Shown: positions 11,798-25,369, counted from the stretch's first letter. The stretch is DNA of 64,000 nucleotides from Chiloscyllium plagiosum (GCF_004010195.1 NC_057751.1:7640446-7704445), one strand, 5' to 3'. The notes: generated from the letters alone by a model not told the origin. Translations and numbers: made by a program.

Positions 11798-12828
11798 ATC
11801 ACCTTTGCTAACCCACTAATATATGTTGCTAGGTGTTTAGCTCAGTGAGGACTGAGTGCCCTCAGGCTCTGCACCCATTTCCAAGTTGCAAGTTCCAAAA
11901 CTGCTTTGCGATCTGCAACAGGGGCATGGTTAGTTTTGCCCTCCCAGACCAAGACTGACAGTGCCGTCAATTTCAGGGAAACAGCACCAGGTCGTAAGAG
12001 ACTGGGGTTTGAAATTGGGTCGCTTTGGCCTGAACAGCTTAATTGCTACACTTAGAGAGGGCTTGTGCTCAATAATTGAGTGTGTTTCCACCAATCTGGG
12101 CTCACATATATATTTTCTGAAGGTTCAATGGAAAATTAGACAGTGAGTGGAAGTGTATTCCTTCCGTATCTCTGCTTGAAGTTGTTCCTAACTCCCAGGG
12201 GGGGGCCTGCCTGGGATTTCAGAAACCAATGCCACAACAGGCACTCTTTATGCACACTGACCTCCCCAGTTGGAACTGTGCCTGCCTTAAGATGAAAGCA
12301 CCAAGACTGCTGGGAGCTGACCCCCAGGGGGCAGTCACACTCACTCACAAGTAACCATTGGCTGTTTGCACTCCAACTAGACTGCACATAAAAACTTGAA
12401 GGGAGTCCCGAACAGACTCCCGGTCAACAAGAATGAAGCCAAAGGCTACAGCGCCGAGGCAATGATATCAGCTGCGCACACAGTTATATTTCATAAACAC
12501 AACAAGTACAGGAGATGTGCACAATCACCAGGCAGCACTGGGATGAAGCCTGATAATTGGACACTCTCAGTGAAATGGCTACTCATTTCAGACTGCGAAA
12601 TCTAAAGCAGTGACCTTTGATTCGCAGAAGATACATTTGGGAAATACACTGCCTGAACCTGAATAAGCCAGGCAAGATGCACTGTGATCGTTTCATATCA
12701 AGTTTTTATCTGGAGGGAATAGCTGCAGAAATCTTCAACCCAAAAGCGCGAGGGGTGAGAAAAAAGCCCCAGAAATTGAGAGAGTTGTGAAAGCTTGCAG
12801 TGGATTGCTTGAGTGCTTTTCCTGAGAT

Positions 12829-13113
12829 TGCCACAACACGGGGTAAACCCTCCTGCTTAATTTAAAACAGCAACACAGAAAAAAAATTATTGTGTAACTT
12901 ATCAGTACAATGTTATAAATATATATTTATCAGTATATTATATATATATCTATATCTATACTGATAAAGAAATTTATCAGTAACCTGTGAAAATTTGAGA
13001 GGGCAAGAACTATTTAAATTAAAACGTAACAACTTTGTTTCTTGAAGTAATATGGAGAATAATTAACTAACAACTGTTTACAACTCCTTCCTCTAACCGA
13101 CCTTTTACCTCCC
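12829..13113. mobile_element. LTR-like fragment containing an AT-rich palindromic insert
   Basis: Starts tgccacaacacggggtaaaccctc; insert at 12899-12979. Confidence 0.4.
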
Positions 13114-13277
13114 CCTCTGGGTGCTCCGGTTTCCCCCCACAGTCCAAAGAGGTGCAGGTGCGCTGGACGAGCCATGGGAAATGCAGGGTTACAGGGATGG
13201 GGTGAGTCGATCTTCGGAGGGTCGGTGTAGGCTCAAAAGGCCGAATTGCCTGCTTCCACACTGTAGGGATTCGATGA
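13114..13277 (+). mobile_element. HE1 SINE 3' fragment
   Basis: gggtgctccggtttccccccacagtccaaaga...cttccacactgtagggattc. Confidence 0.8.
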
Positions 13278-14854
13278 AAAGTCTGATGAGTTCTCAAATT
13301 ACGTTACGAAATGCTTCCAAGAGGATCTTGAAATTACAGGTCATGCAATGCTTCGGCTGTCGACTGGAGACAATTACGAAAGTTTGCACTCTCAGCAACT
13401 TTGCAACCAATGCTCAATCACCTGTCAAGTAATGTCCTTCAAGAGATCACCCATGCAAATAAACCAAGGACCCGGATATTGTCCCATGGCCAGGGGCTCT
13501 CTGCACTGTTGTAATCGAGGCAAAGGCTGTGTCTGGAGATTACTCTGCATTGTACATGTTCGTTAAGCTGTCAATAAATCACCAGAAATCTCCAAGTAAA
13601 CAGAATCCTAACTTATGTTAAATTTTGATAATAAAAAATGTTGTGACCCACATGGGGACCATGCCGAAAGATCTATCACTCAGTGGTTGAGGTTAAGCTT
13701 TATCTTGTCATACCGTAAGGCCCTTTCCAATGCAGTTCCTCAATTTCAAATGTCTTCAGTGCTGAGCAAACACGGTTGGGATTTCTTTGTTGTGAGTGAA
13801 TACCAATGCTCTTGAAATACACATTCACAGCTAAAATCAGTGCACATCCCAACAAAGATAGTCATATTCTGTCTTCCAATTCAATGAAACATGAACAATA
13901 TGGATAGGGTGCACTGCACTGTCCTGCAAGGTTTCGCTTTTCAAACATTGTCCTGTGAGGGACCACCTTGTTGCAGTGCTGTTGATATCATACTGTGCTA
14001 CTTTAGAATTTATCGAAATGACTTTGGCGTCGCTTCCTGTCTCACCACCTGTCGGTGACAAGAGCAGCAATTCCCATGTGAAAGCCATCCTCTCCAATTC
14101 TGACATCAACCTCACTTGGGCAGACTTTACCGTCTTCTTCATTGTCATGAGGTCAGGATACCGGCAGTTCTGACCCGACATTGTTTATCAGAGAACCATC
14201 CCCACAATAAGGAGGACAGCTGCCCATGAAGATGGCTGGTCAATAATGAGATGAGTTGAGGGGATGAAGTGTCAGCTCTTGCCCTTATGTCCTATCCCCC
14301 AGGAACATTGCTGCTGATTGATTCCCCGTTCACCCCACCTCAAATCCCTACACCTTTATCCTATCCGCCACTGAATCGTCGTCCATACATCTCAGTGACA
14401 ACTTCATCCTCTGGCTCATCCTTAAAGTTTGTACTCTGTGTCCTGCCCCAAAATAGGCTCGGTTCATCCATCGTTCCTGTCCATGTTGATCATTAGTGAC
14501 CACCAATCCTCAGATGTCTTCAATTTAAATTTCTCAAACTCAGCTGTCCAAAGGTCCAACTTTCATTTTTACCATGAATATTCTTCACCTACCAGTCCTC
14601 AATCATGCTCTGTTCCTTTCACTTCACTGTACAAGCGCATCTGTCTCTTCCCTTGCTTTTTTTCAGCCTGACTGTTTTGACTTGACTGGGCCTGATGTTC
14701 TTGAATTCCCGGCCAAAGGCTCTCCAATTCTGCATTTGACTGCTCATGCTTCCAGGTCCTTGTTAATTCCATCTCTTTGACCAAACTTTCGGTCACCCTG
14801 TTTCTTCAAGTGTTCACAGGTTCACTCACTTCTCATTGTTCAATCTAAGGTGAT

Positions 14855-15050
14855 GATTAGATTAGGTTCCCTACAGTGTGGAAACAGGCCCTTCGGCCCA
14901 ACAAGTCCACACCGACCCTCCGAAGAGTAACCCACCCAGACCCGTTTCCCTCTGACTAACTGACCTAACACTATGGGGAAATTCAGTATGGCCAATTCAC
15001 CCGACCTGCACACCTTTGGACTGTGGGAGGAAACCGGAGCACCCGCAGGA
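14855..15050 (-). mobile_element. HE1 SINE 3' part
   Basis: Reverse-complement tail (gatta)n and central domain. Confidence 0.85.
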
Positions 15051-15181
15051 TCTTTGTGTGCTGTGTGAATGAAAATTGTAGCTGCAGCGATAATCGTCAA
15101 TATCAATTTCATTGCTGAAAAAGAGACGCAAGACAATCTGCAGGGATGTGGACATCTGATTTATGATACAGTGATACCAAT

Positions 15182-15345
15182 AGGGTTGGATCAATTCCTA
15201 CACTGGCTGAGGTGACCACAAAGGACTCTCCTTCTCAACCTCCCTTCTCGCCTGAGGTGCGGTGTTCCTCAGGTTAATCCATCACCACCCACCTGTCTCC
15301 GATGAGAGAGCAGACCTCTGATCTAGTTAGACAATGGCGATTTCT
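15182..15345 (+). mobile_element. Old SINE of another family (second copy 49429-49585)
   Basis: ctgaggtXaccaXXaaggac...tcaa...gaggXXXggtg..cctcaggttaa shared with 49429-49585, which has a tRNA-like head. Confidence 0.6.
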
Positions 15346-15717
15346 TGCCAAGTACTCAAAGGAGTCTCCATGGGGGGTCAAAAACAAGACTCCAACCGAC
15401 TGCAAAAGTCATCATTAAATACACTGCTCTCTCCAAAACTAAAGGCAATCCAGGAGAAGCATCTGGGAAGGTACTGAGCACCTTGGGACATCCCATCAGG
15501 AAAGAATGGGATCCAGACGAAAACAGCGAAAAGGGGCGCACTGCCACATCAATGCCCATCTACTCATTCCCTGTATAACAGAGACTGCGGTAGCTGCATC
15601 GGTCCGTACAAAGCCACCCTGAGAGAGGAAGAGAGTCATCTTCATCTGTGAGAGACCGCCAATAATGATACTTTCCCCCATTTCTGCTCCCTCCCAGCCT
15701 CCCTGGGTAAAAGGTTC

Positions 15718-17333
15718 TGGTCATATCTTGGCGACTGTCCAGATCACAGTAGAGGAGGTGCTGGATGTATTAGAATGCATGAAAGTGGATAAATCTCCTG
15801 GTCCTGACCAGATATATCCAAAAACACTGCAAGAGGTTAGAGAAGAAATTGCAGGGGCCCTGGCTGATATGTTTTGCATCACCATTAGCCACGGGTGAGG
15901 TCCCAGAAGATGGAGGGTAGCGAATGTTGTACCCTCGTTCAAGAAGGACTGCAAAGAAACGTCCAGGAACCACAGACTGGGAAGCCTAACATCTGTGATA
16001 GGTAAGTTATTAGAAAAGATTCTGAGATAAGATAAACATGCATTTGGAAAGACAGCATCTGATTCGGAATGGTCAGCATGGCATTGTGCATGGGGGTGGG
16101 GGGGGGGGTCATGCCTCACAAATTTGTTAGAGTTCGTTGATGAAATGAACAGGAAGGTTGTCGAGGGCAGGGTGGTAAGCATAGTCCACACAGATTTCAG
16201 TAAGGCCTTTTTAAGGATCCACATAGTATGCCTCTCTCGAAGGTTAGATCCCATATAATCCAGTGCGAGTTGGCAAATTGGATACACAATTGTCTTGATG
16301 GTACAAAGCAGAGGGTAATAGTGAAAGGATGCTTGTCGGACTGGAGGTGGTGCTGGGCCCATTGCTGTTTGTTATCGGTATCAATGATTTGGATGAGAAT
16401 GTACAAGGCAATGATTAGTAAGTTGGCAGGTAATACTAAAATAGGTGGTATCGTGGACAGTGAGGAAGGTTATCAGAAATTGAAACAGGACCTTGATCAG
16501 CTGGGGAAGTGTGCCGGGAAATGGCAAATGGAGTTTAATATAGATAAGTGTGAGGTCTTGCATTTGGGAAACTCAAATCAAGGTAGCAGTTTCATGGTGA
16601 ATGGTAGGGCTTGAGGAATGGAGTGGAACAGAGGGATCTTGCAGTCCAGGTGCATGGTTCTCTGAAAGTGGAGTTCACAGGTAGACAGGGCAGTGAAGAA
16701 GGCTTTTGACACACTGGCCTTCATCACTCAGGGCATCGAGTATAGAAGTTGGGAAGTTATGTTGCAGTTGTACAGGACACTGGTGAGGCCAGTACTTGGA
16801 GTATTGTGTTCAATTTTGGTCACCTTGTTATAGGAAGAAAGTTATTTATCTGGAAGGAGTGGAGAGGAAATTTACAAGCATACTGCCAGGACTCAATGGT
16901 CTGAATTATAGACAAAGGTTGGACAAGCTAAGACTTTTTTCTTTCGAGAACGAAGGGGGAGCTTATAGAAGTGTATAAGATCATGAGAGGCAGGAATAGG
17001 ATGAATGCACTTGGTCTTTTTCCCAGGGTTGGGGAACCGAGGGCTAGAGGGCATCAGTTTAAGGTTAGAGGGGAAAGAATAAAAGGGAAGCTGAGGTGCA
17101 ACTTTTTTACACAGAGAGTGGTATGTATATGGAATGAGCTGCCAGCAGAAGTGGTTGAGGTGGGTACATTAACAGTATTCAAAAGGCATTTGGACAAATA
17201 CATGGATAGGAAAGGTTTGGAAGGATATGGGCCAAGTGCAGGGAAATGGGGTTAGTGTTGATGGACATTTTGGTTGGCATGGACCAAATTGGGCCAAATG
17301 GCCTGTCTCAGTGCTGTAGGACTCTATGACTCC
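15718..17333 (+). mobile_element. 5'-truncated CR1 LINE, decayed RT
   Basis: KVDKSPGPDQIYP, ISKLAGNTKIGG, WQMEFNIDKCEVLHLG, EYCVQFWSP, NFFTQRVV..WNELP; gactctatgactc tail. Confidence 0.95.
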
Positions 17334-19042
17334 AGGAATGGAACTCTCAATGGAGACGGCCTTTTTCAATGATATGCTTAGCGAGCCCGGGCTATGAAAC
17401 TGAGTGATACAAATCAAGGTGATCCCAGGTTTTATGGCCATTGGGTCCTGACTGAATGGAAGACAGCTTAGCAGTTGCCTCATTTCCTCTCTGACCAAGG
17501 TACATTTCTTGATGTGTTGGAAGCTACATGAGCAGGACAAGATTGGAGGTGGTTGCGTTGCCAAACACAGCCAATCAGCCTGATGCTGCTTCCTGCTTAT
17601 ACCCACATGCATTGACTGAAGTAACAGGGGGTGGGGGAATGGGTGGGCTTCTGCTGGATGCTGAGGAGCTGCAATTAATGGAACATGGGACCACCCCAGT
17701 TCGTATAACTTCACTCTATTATACTGTTGTTATTGATTGAATTGCATTCGGTGGACTCTGAAATGCGTCTGCTATGGGTCACGTATAATTCACAAATAGT
17801 GAGCTTGCAGTTTGAAGTAACGCCATCTCCAAGGGATTTATTATGGCGGACTTGTCTTAATTGCTCTTTGCCGGTTTCTCCAACTGATCTGCACCTCTGG
17901 GAGTTGGGCATAAAATTATCCTTCTAAGGTCACTCTCTCATCTCGTCTGACAGATGTTAAGGGCCACAGGCTTGAAGAGAGCTTGGCCAGAATAAATTCA
18001 AAGCCTTGGGGATCCAGGAACACAATAGTTGAGTGTTGAGAATTCACTTGGCATTAAGAATTGGAGCTCCATTCCTGGGAGACAGAACAGAAACCTTGAG
18101 AAACACAACGACAATAGATCGAATTCACAGAATGGACTTAGGAACGATGCCTAGACAATGTAGACAGGGGAGATTGGGGATAAAAAAAACAACATTATCT
18201 ATTCATTTGCTGCTAAGGCCAGGCTCGATTGTATCCAATTCAGAGCCATCACAAATAATGCAAAAAAAATATTTTGCTTCATTTCCCTGCGGCTTCCAGC
18301 TTAAGCTCAAAAGCAATCAAACAATAGAGCAATTTCGACTCAATCCCTTCACGACGGGCTTCAGTCCAAAGCTGAGCAGAGGATTTTGACATTTTTCTTC
18401 CATTTTTTAAGACTGGCTGACTTGCGTTCTGTCTCACTGACACCAGCAATTTCCCGCTGAACAAATGCTGGATTTGGGATGCTCTGTGAGTGAGAACACG
18501 GACTTCCAAAAAGCAGGCTGAGACAGTCCAAATTCATTTCATTCTCGACAGCCCTCGGGCAAACAACATGAGGATCTCAGGCGGTGCGGTTTTGGCTGGA
18601 TTTGAGTGCAGCTCCTGAATCCTGGAGGGCCACCATGGAGAGGCCACCCAGTCACCCCTGCAATGCTCACTGACATTTGGGAAGGCAGCACAAGACATTG
18701 TGAGACGGGGCGGGGGGGCATGAAGAGGTGAAGTCAAGGAGTTAGACAAAGTTCATCAACCTCCAGACAACTCATGTTGGTGGCTCCTCAAGTGCCACTT
18801 GCCACACACGTGGCAGAACCTACAGAACACTTTAGGAAAGGAACTTCACAGCTGTCTCAGAATGGACCTGAACTGTGGCCAAGGCAAATGAATCACCATG
18901 GCAACAGACTGCCTTAAAAGTTCACTGACAGACACGGTTATCTACCTTCACAGCCCCAGTATGGCCTGGTCAATGGTTCACAAACAATTGTTAAATGCTT
19001 AATGCGAAGCAAGTGGACACCAAAACTGAGCGCAAGCCTCCT

Positions 19043-19543
19043 GGTGACATGGTGGCTCAGTGGTTAGTACCACTGCCTCACAGTGCTGGGGGGCCTTGTG
19101 TGTGTAGTCTGCACGTTCTTCCCATATCTGCGCAGGTTTCCTCCCACAGTCTGAAGATGTGCCAGTCAGGCTTGACTGGCTGTGCTGAATCAACTGGCAG
19201 AAGTGGGTACTGCAGATGCTGGCAATTAGAGTGGTGCTGGAAAAGCACAGCAGGTCAGGCAACATCCGAGCAGCAGGAAAATCAGCGTTTCGGGGCAAAA
19301 GCCCTTCATGAGGAAGGGCTTTTGCCTGAAGCACTGATTTTCTTGAACCTCCACAGTACTCCTTCCATGGCTGTGCTGAATCGCCCATAGTATCCAGGGA
19401 TGTGCAGGCTGGGTGGATTAGCCATGGGAAATCCAGGTTTACAGGGATAGTGGGTCTGGATGAGATGCTCTTTGGAGGGTTGGTCTGGACTCGATGGGCT
19501 GAATGGCCGGCCTCCTTCCACACTGCGGGGTTTCTCTGATTCT
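19043..19543 (+). mobile_element. HE1-type SINE interrupted by a Penelope palindrome (19192-19367)
   Basis: SINE head at 19043, tail at ~19540; tggctgtgctgaatc at 19177-19191 and 19368-19382. Confidence 0.85.
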
Positions 19544-20239
19544 CACTGTTTTGAATCCAACACAAGCAGCTTAATAAATAAGCAGCTTACATCTCCTGGC
19601 AAGAGAAGATGAAACCAGGTCCTTGATGGAGACTGTCTCTGGTTGCCAGTCCCTGGAGATCAATGGACATGGCTGATACACAAACCTTGAACTTCAGTTA
19701 CGGTTGGACATCAGGATCTGCTCCCACAGCATCACTATGGAGAAGTGAGTGGGGGTCCTCCCCTTGGCACCCAGGTTGGTTAAAGCAAATCCGAATGAGT
19801 GACACATGGATAAAGGAAGGCAAGCCAGAAACAGGGTGATGTCTCAAGAAAAACCAGCTCAGTGTGCTTTTTGCGTGACTCTTGGGCTGCGCGAATATTT
19901 TAAAAAGGCACATCGTCATGAATTCTCTGAGCTTTTCCAAAGTGAGGAATGCGCTTTCCATCTCAGGATGAGACAAGTTTATCTGCTCCTTCCCCAATTT
20001 CCATGGTCACACGAACCGAAATTACTCTGGGGCGGTGGGGTGTGGGGCTAGTTTTTGTTCCAAAACCTAAAGCTGTAAGCTACACACAAATGCCACTGCA
20101 GAGAGTTGAAGAATAATGGGTTGCCTTAACCCCGTCAGTGCAGAAGCTGACACCAGATACCATGACAGTTTAAGTTGAGCGAGAAGTGAAGATGACACAG
20201 GGCACCTTTCATCTGAAATTCAGCTGGTTCTTGTTCACA

Positions 20240-20812
20240 CACTAGGAGCAGGAGAAGGTCATTTGTGGCTGCTCTCCCATTCAATCTGATCAAAACTTAT
20301 CCTCTGTCTCAATGTTATATTCCCATTTATCTTCCCGATAATTTTGAAACCTTTGAAAGCTTTACATCATTCTGTCCCTTTCTTGAATATATTCAATAGC
20401 TTGGCCTCCACGGCCTTCTGTGGAAGAGAATTCCTGCTGGTCACCCTTTGAAGTAGCGTTTCCTCATCTCAGTCCTGAATGGTCTAACCTGCACCCAGAG
20501 GCTGTGACCTCTATTTCTAGATTCCTCAACAAGGAGGCAACAAACATCCACCTGTGTCCAGCTGTGTGAGAATTTTCTCATTTTCAATCAGAGCTCCTCT
20601 CATCTTTCCAACTTGAAGTTAATACTGGCCCAGTCAAACCAATTTCTCCCCACATAATAGATGGTCTTGCTATCCTTGGTATCCGTAAATTGAACCTCCA
20701 CAGTACTCCTTCCATGGTCAGTGTATCCTTTCTGACGTGCCCACACCAATAAAATACACATCAAATGTTCCAGGTATGATCTCATCAAGACTGTCCTTAA
20801 CTACAGGAAGAC
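20240..20812 (-). mobile_element. Decayed CR1 3' region
   Basis: Reverse-complement CR1 3' UTR (gcttggcctccacggccttctgtgg..gaattcc; tcctcatctcagtcctgaatgg). Confidence 0.75.
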
Positions 20813-20817
20813 GTCAT

Positions 20818-21104
20818 GGGCAGCACGGTGGCTCCGTGGTTAGCACTTCCGCCTCACAGCACCAGGGTCCCAGGTTCAATTCCAGCCTCGGGGGACTGCC
20901 TGTGTGAAGTTTGCACAATCTCCCCCATGTCTGTGCGGGTTTTTTTCTGCTGCGCTGGTTTCCTCCCACAGTCCAAAGATGTGCAGGTTAGGAGGATTAG
21001 CAGTGGGAAGTCCAGGGTAGGGGGCTAGGTCTGGGTGGGATACTCTTCGGAAAATCAGTGTGGACTTGAGGGCCAATGGCACATTTGCACACTGCAGGGA
21101 TTCT
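20818..21104 (+). mobile_element. HE1-type SINE
   Basis: gggcagcacggtggctccgtggttagcac head and central domain. Confidence 0.85.
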
Positions 21105-21687
21105 TCGTTGATTGCAGTTCTCAACTCAAAGCTGCTGGCAGTGATAACAACAGAGGAAACTTCATGGTTCCAGCCAGGGCTCAGGTTGTGGCTGGATTCT
21201 TGTCCCAATCCAAAGGCTTCATCACAAGTTGACAATCCAGCACATTGTGTTATCTTCATGTGACACGGTAATCTGAGGCCCAGCTGAATTCTTGGGTAAT
21301 CACAGAAGATTCCACAAAGCTATTTTGAAGAAGAGCAGACACTTTCACCCTGGGGTCACTGCCAACATTAATCCCTCAATTAATATCTACAAAGCAGATA
21401 GGATGATCATTTGCCGTATTCCTGTACCCGGAAGCGTGCTATGAAAAAATGTCATTCTGACATGACAAAGGTATCTCCAATGGACAAGTGCAGATCGACT
21501 CCACAGCAGATTACAACGTCCTGCGGCTGTCACAAGTGCATTGTGAATGCAAGCACTTTATTAAGTGTTTTGGACCAGACCAAACCCCCCTCAAAATATA
21601 TTAAGAAAATAGCCTAGACCTTAACTTCTTGTTTTTAAAGGCAAGTGCTAGGAGATGCATTCTGATGCAATTTGATTGGTTAAACAA

Positions 21688-22512
21688 AAGAACATAAGAA
21701 ACAGGAGCAGGAGTACATCATCTGGCTCCTTAAGCCTGTTCCACCATTCAACAAGATCATGGCTGATGATTTTGTGGACTCAGCTCCACTTACTCACCCG
21801 CTCACTATACACCTAAATTCCTTTACTGTTTAAAAATCTATCTTTGCTTTAAAAACATTCAGCTGCTTCACTGGGCTGGGTATGCCACAGATTCAAAACA
21901 CTCTGGGTGAATAAGTTCCTCCTTAACTCAGTCCTAAATCTATTCCACCTTATTTTGAGGCTAAATCCCCTAGTTCTCGTGTCACCCACCAGTGGAGACA
22001 ATCTCCCTGTTTCTAGGTAAAAGCAATGACTGCAGATGCTGGAAACCAGATTCTGGATTAGTGGTGCTGGAAGAGCACAGCAGTCCAGGCAGCATCCAAG
22101 GAGCTTCAAAATCGATGAAGGGCTTTTGCCCGAAACGTCGATTTCGAAGCTCCTTGGATGCTGCCTGAACTGCTGTGCTCTTCCAGCACCACTAATCCAG
22201 AATCTCCCTGTTTCTGTCTAATCTACTCCGTTCATAATTTTATAAGTTTCTCGATCTCTCCTCATAAACCAATCCTCTCAACTCCAGAATCAACCCATTG
22301 AACCTCCTCTGCACTCCCTCCTATACCAGTACATTCTTTCTCAAGTAACGAGACCATAACTATGCAGAGTATTCCAGGTGTGGCCTCACCAGCATCCTAT
22401 ACAGCTGCAGCATAACCTCCCTATTTTTAAACTTCAACCCTCAGCAATGGATGACAATTTTCCATTTGCCTTCTTAATGGCCTCCTGCACCTGCAAACAA
22501 ATTTTTGTGATT
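21688..22512 (-). mobile_element. CR1 3' fragment
   Basis: TRTRGFSLKIRWNRFRTELRRNLFTQSVLNLW; QVQEAIKKANG. Confidence 0.85.
22015..22200. mobile_element. Palindromic Penelope-like element with 15-bp TSD
   Basis: Near-perfect inverted arms; aatctccctgtttct at 22000-22014 and 22201-22215. Confidence 0.85.
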
Positions 22513-22881
22513 CCAACTTCCATATTTGAAGCAAAACACATGTTTTTCCATACGCTATAGTTAACATACAACAAAACGAAGACGAATTTGCGATAACTTA
22601 ACTCTTTTGGAAAACTTAACAGAACAATAGATAATTTAACTAGTGAACAGAAGCTGCTCCAATACAGTAACGTCCCATAAACACACACTCGGCAAAAAGG
22701 AAATTCAATAGAATAGATCATGTCACGTGCAATTATCCAGTCCAGGATGCAAAAAACATCAAGAGATAACTCTAAGAAACAGAGTAGCAAGGAGTGATGT
22801 ACTGCAGCTTCCAAACACAGCTTCAAGACCCCACCAGCTGCTCCTGAAAATCTAAAACTAAGAAACCTGGTTCTGTGGGAG

Positions 22882-23468
22882 TATTATGCACTAGGTCGGA
22901 CCCTCTCAAAGTATTTTAAGAAGGTAGCCCAGACCCTAACTTTTCCTTATTTTAAAGGGAGATGCAAACTGGATATTCCAGGAGTGATACAGTTGGTCAA
23001 ACCACTGAGCTTTGAACAAAACGATTTATTTACACATTATGGGTCAAACACAAACAAAAGAAAACACAACTGAGAATAACTCAACTTATTTGAAAACCCA
23101 ACCAACACAATATCGCAACTTAGCGAAGGGGTGGTTCCAATTGCTGCAACACCCCGTAAACACACCCCTTGGCAAAAGGTAAGTTCAAACACACATTCTT
23201 ACAGGCAGGAGAAATTTCAGGCAAGAAACATCTGTTGAAGCATGGAACTTTGTTTCACTGTCGCAGCTTCTCTAGGTCACCAGCAGTTTTCCAACTGCCT
23301 GCTAAAACAAAACAATCTAAAAAAAAACCCTGAACTCTGAGAACCGGCCCCAGCCCTGCCACTGTCTAAATTAGCCACTTCCAGATATATCAGCACCTCT
23401 GCCTTTACAATCCCTTTTAAAAAAGACCAAAGAGAAAATAACCTTGTTAAAGTGGCAGGATCGTCACA
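22882..23468 (-). mobile_element. Solo LTR nested in an LTR, 5-bp TSD gggag
   Basis: gggag at 22877-22881 and 23469-23473; related to 5616-6219. Confidence 0.8.
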
Positions 23469-25369
23469 GGGAGCTTGACCCCACCCATTCAGTCTGCCTC
23501 TTTTATTCCAACTTAGAAAAATCCCAATGCTTCACAAACTGTTTACATGGTGCTCTGCCTAGACTACTCGCCACCTCTCTCTCAACCTGAAAAAAACCCA
23601 GGACAAAATACATTGCTTAAACCTATAGTATTGCCACATCAGTCTGCATCCAATTCATATCATATCAGAATGAGAAAGGCTCAACGGGATTTGTGAAAGG
23701 AACTCTGTTCTTCATCTCATCCTCACCAGAATGATATTGCTTTCCTTAACCCCAATATCAACATCCCTCATCATAAGACAACTCCTGCGAGATTGACTGG
23801 TGTTGGGTGGGGGGCTCACATTTATGGATGGATATTTACTGGCTGGAAGTGCAAAAGAAGCTAATTACACATGAGTTTTCACAGTGTAAATTAGACCAAA
23901 TTTCATTACATGAAAATTAATACTGTCAATCCATTTTGTATCAACAGAGTTAAAAGGTTCAATTTCAATTTGTTTTTAAGGACCGCAGGTTCATTTTGAA
24001 CCATATCCAAGAATTAGCGAAAATGCAAAGTTAAATTTTGCAGTTGCATGGAGAATGAATGAACAGCAGAAAAAGTAGGTCACCACATAGTTGTCTATCT
24101 GGAAAATACAGGGTTCAGGTTATGGGCTCTAAAATGAGGCACAACATAGATTCGATCTGTCGCAAATATCATCCCCAATTTGTCCAATTAAGTCCTTTCA
24201 GATCAGGCCCATGGTGGCTTTCATTCAGAATAAGTCTCCTTCTACCTGGGCCCAGCAAAAACTCCCAAGAGTGGCGCAGCTTGGGTTATAAACAGAATAA
24301 TACTCCCTCTGAATTGTCGCACCAAGCACTCACAGACAGGTAAAGAGCAGCGCTAGTTACAAAGTAAAGCTCACGCTCTACTGTCTTGATAAGCACTTGC
24401 AACTCATGCACGTAACAGGCCAGATTAGGGGAAGGTTGGCTGGATATCTAACTGCCCTAAAAATAGTCAGTGCATTTTGCGCTGTGTCAGAACTTCAAAA
24501 ATTCGACTGTGGAAAGTTTCACATTACAGCGACAAATTCAGTCACCAGTCACCACGGGTCATACTGAAAACAGGCACCTCGAAAACAGATGTCGAAAAGC
24601 CCAATAAATTAATGCCTCTAAATGAATGTCATCAGCTCCTGCTGTCACTGTGTCTACGAGCAATGCAAAACCACATGGGACAAGCAACGCAATCATCAAT
24701 CATTCAGGATACAATTTCCCAACTCCAGATAATGATCTTTAAGCAGCTTACACATGCCGGAATGATTTGATTTTTTTTCTTTGTTAACGCTTTGCCTGTG
24801 GAATTTATCCTCCTCACTGCTGGGCTGTAGGAGTGAAAATGCTTCAAGCAACACAATAGCTTTCGTGCAACATATTTCTTATCCACATAATCCATCCCAA
24901 TAAGGTGTCAAATTAGTATGTTAATGCCCAAATCCTGTTAACTCATGCAAAGCTGAGCACTGGGCAGCTAATTTATTTATTGGAATAAAGAAATTAGGAG
25001 CATTCTCCTGCAATTTCCAGGGGCCAACCTCACTTTGAAATTGCCGATTAATTTAAAAGCTTGACTTTACTTCAAGACAAGAGGAAAGCAATCACATTTT
25101 TCTTCTCCCTAGAATTAAATTAATCATGCCTGATCACAGGGGTTTCTCCTCCAATTTAACAACTCTTGCTCTGTTGCAACATAAGAGGGAGTTGTTGTAC
25201 AAGACAGCTGCCCTCTAAGGGGTTAACTAGGAAGCTGTTCCTCCTACAGATATATAAATGACTGCCTCTGGAAGGAGGGAGTCACCTTGTTTTTCATTAC
25301 TCATCAATTCAGCAGTCATGGAGCACAGAGACCTAGTTACATCGCCTGGGAAGTAACAATGACGCTGAC

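Larger units (their letters stand above)
21566..23638 (-). mobile_element. Solo LTR split by a CR1 (21688-22512) and a second solo LTR (22882-23468)
   Basis: Remaining segments are collinear with the intact copy at 40243-40862; termini tgttttggacc...ttgccaca. Confidence 0.75.

Noticed and set aside
13837..14181. 114-aa ORF in unique DNA
   Set aside because: No recognisable domain or convincing splice sites
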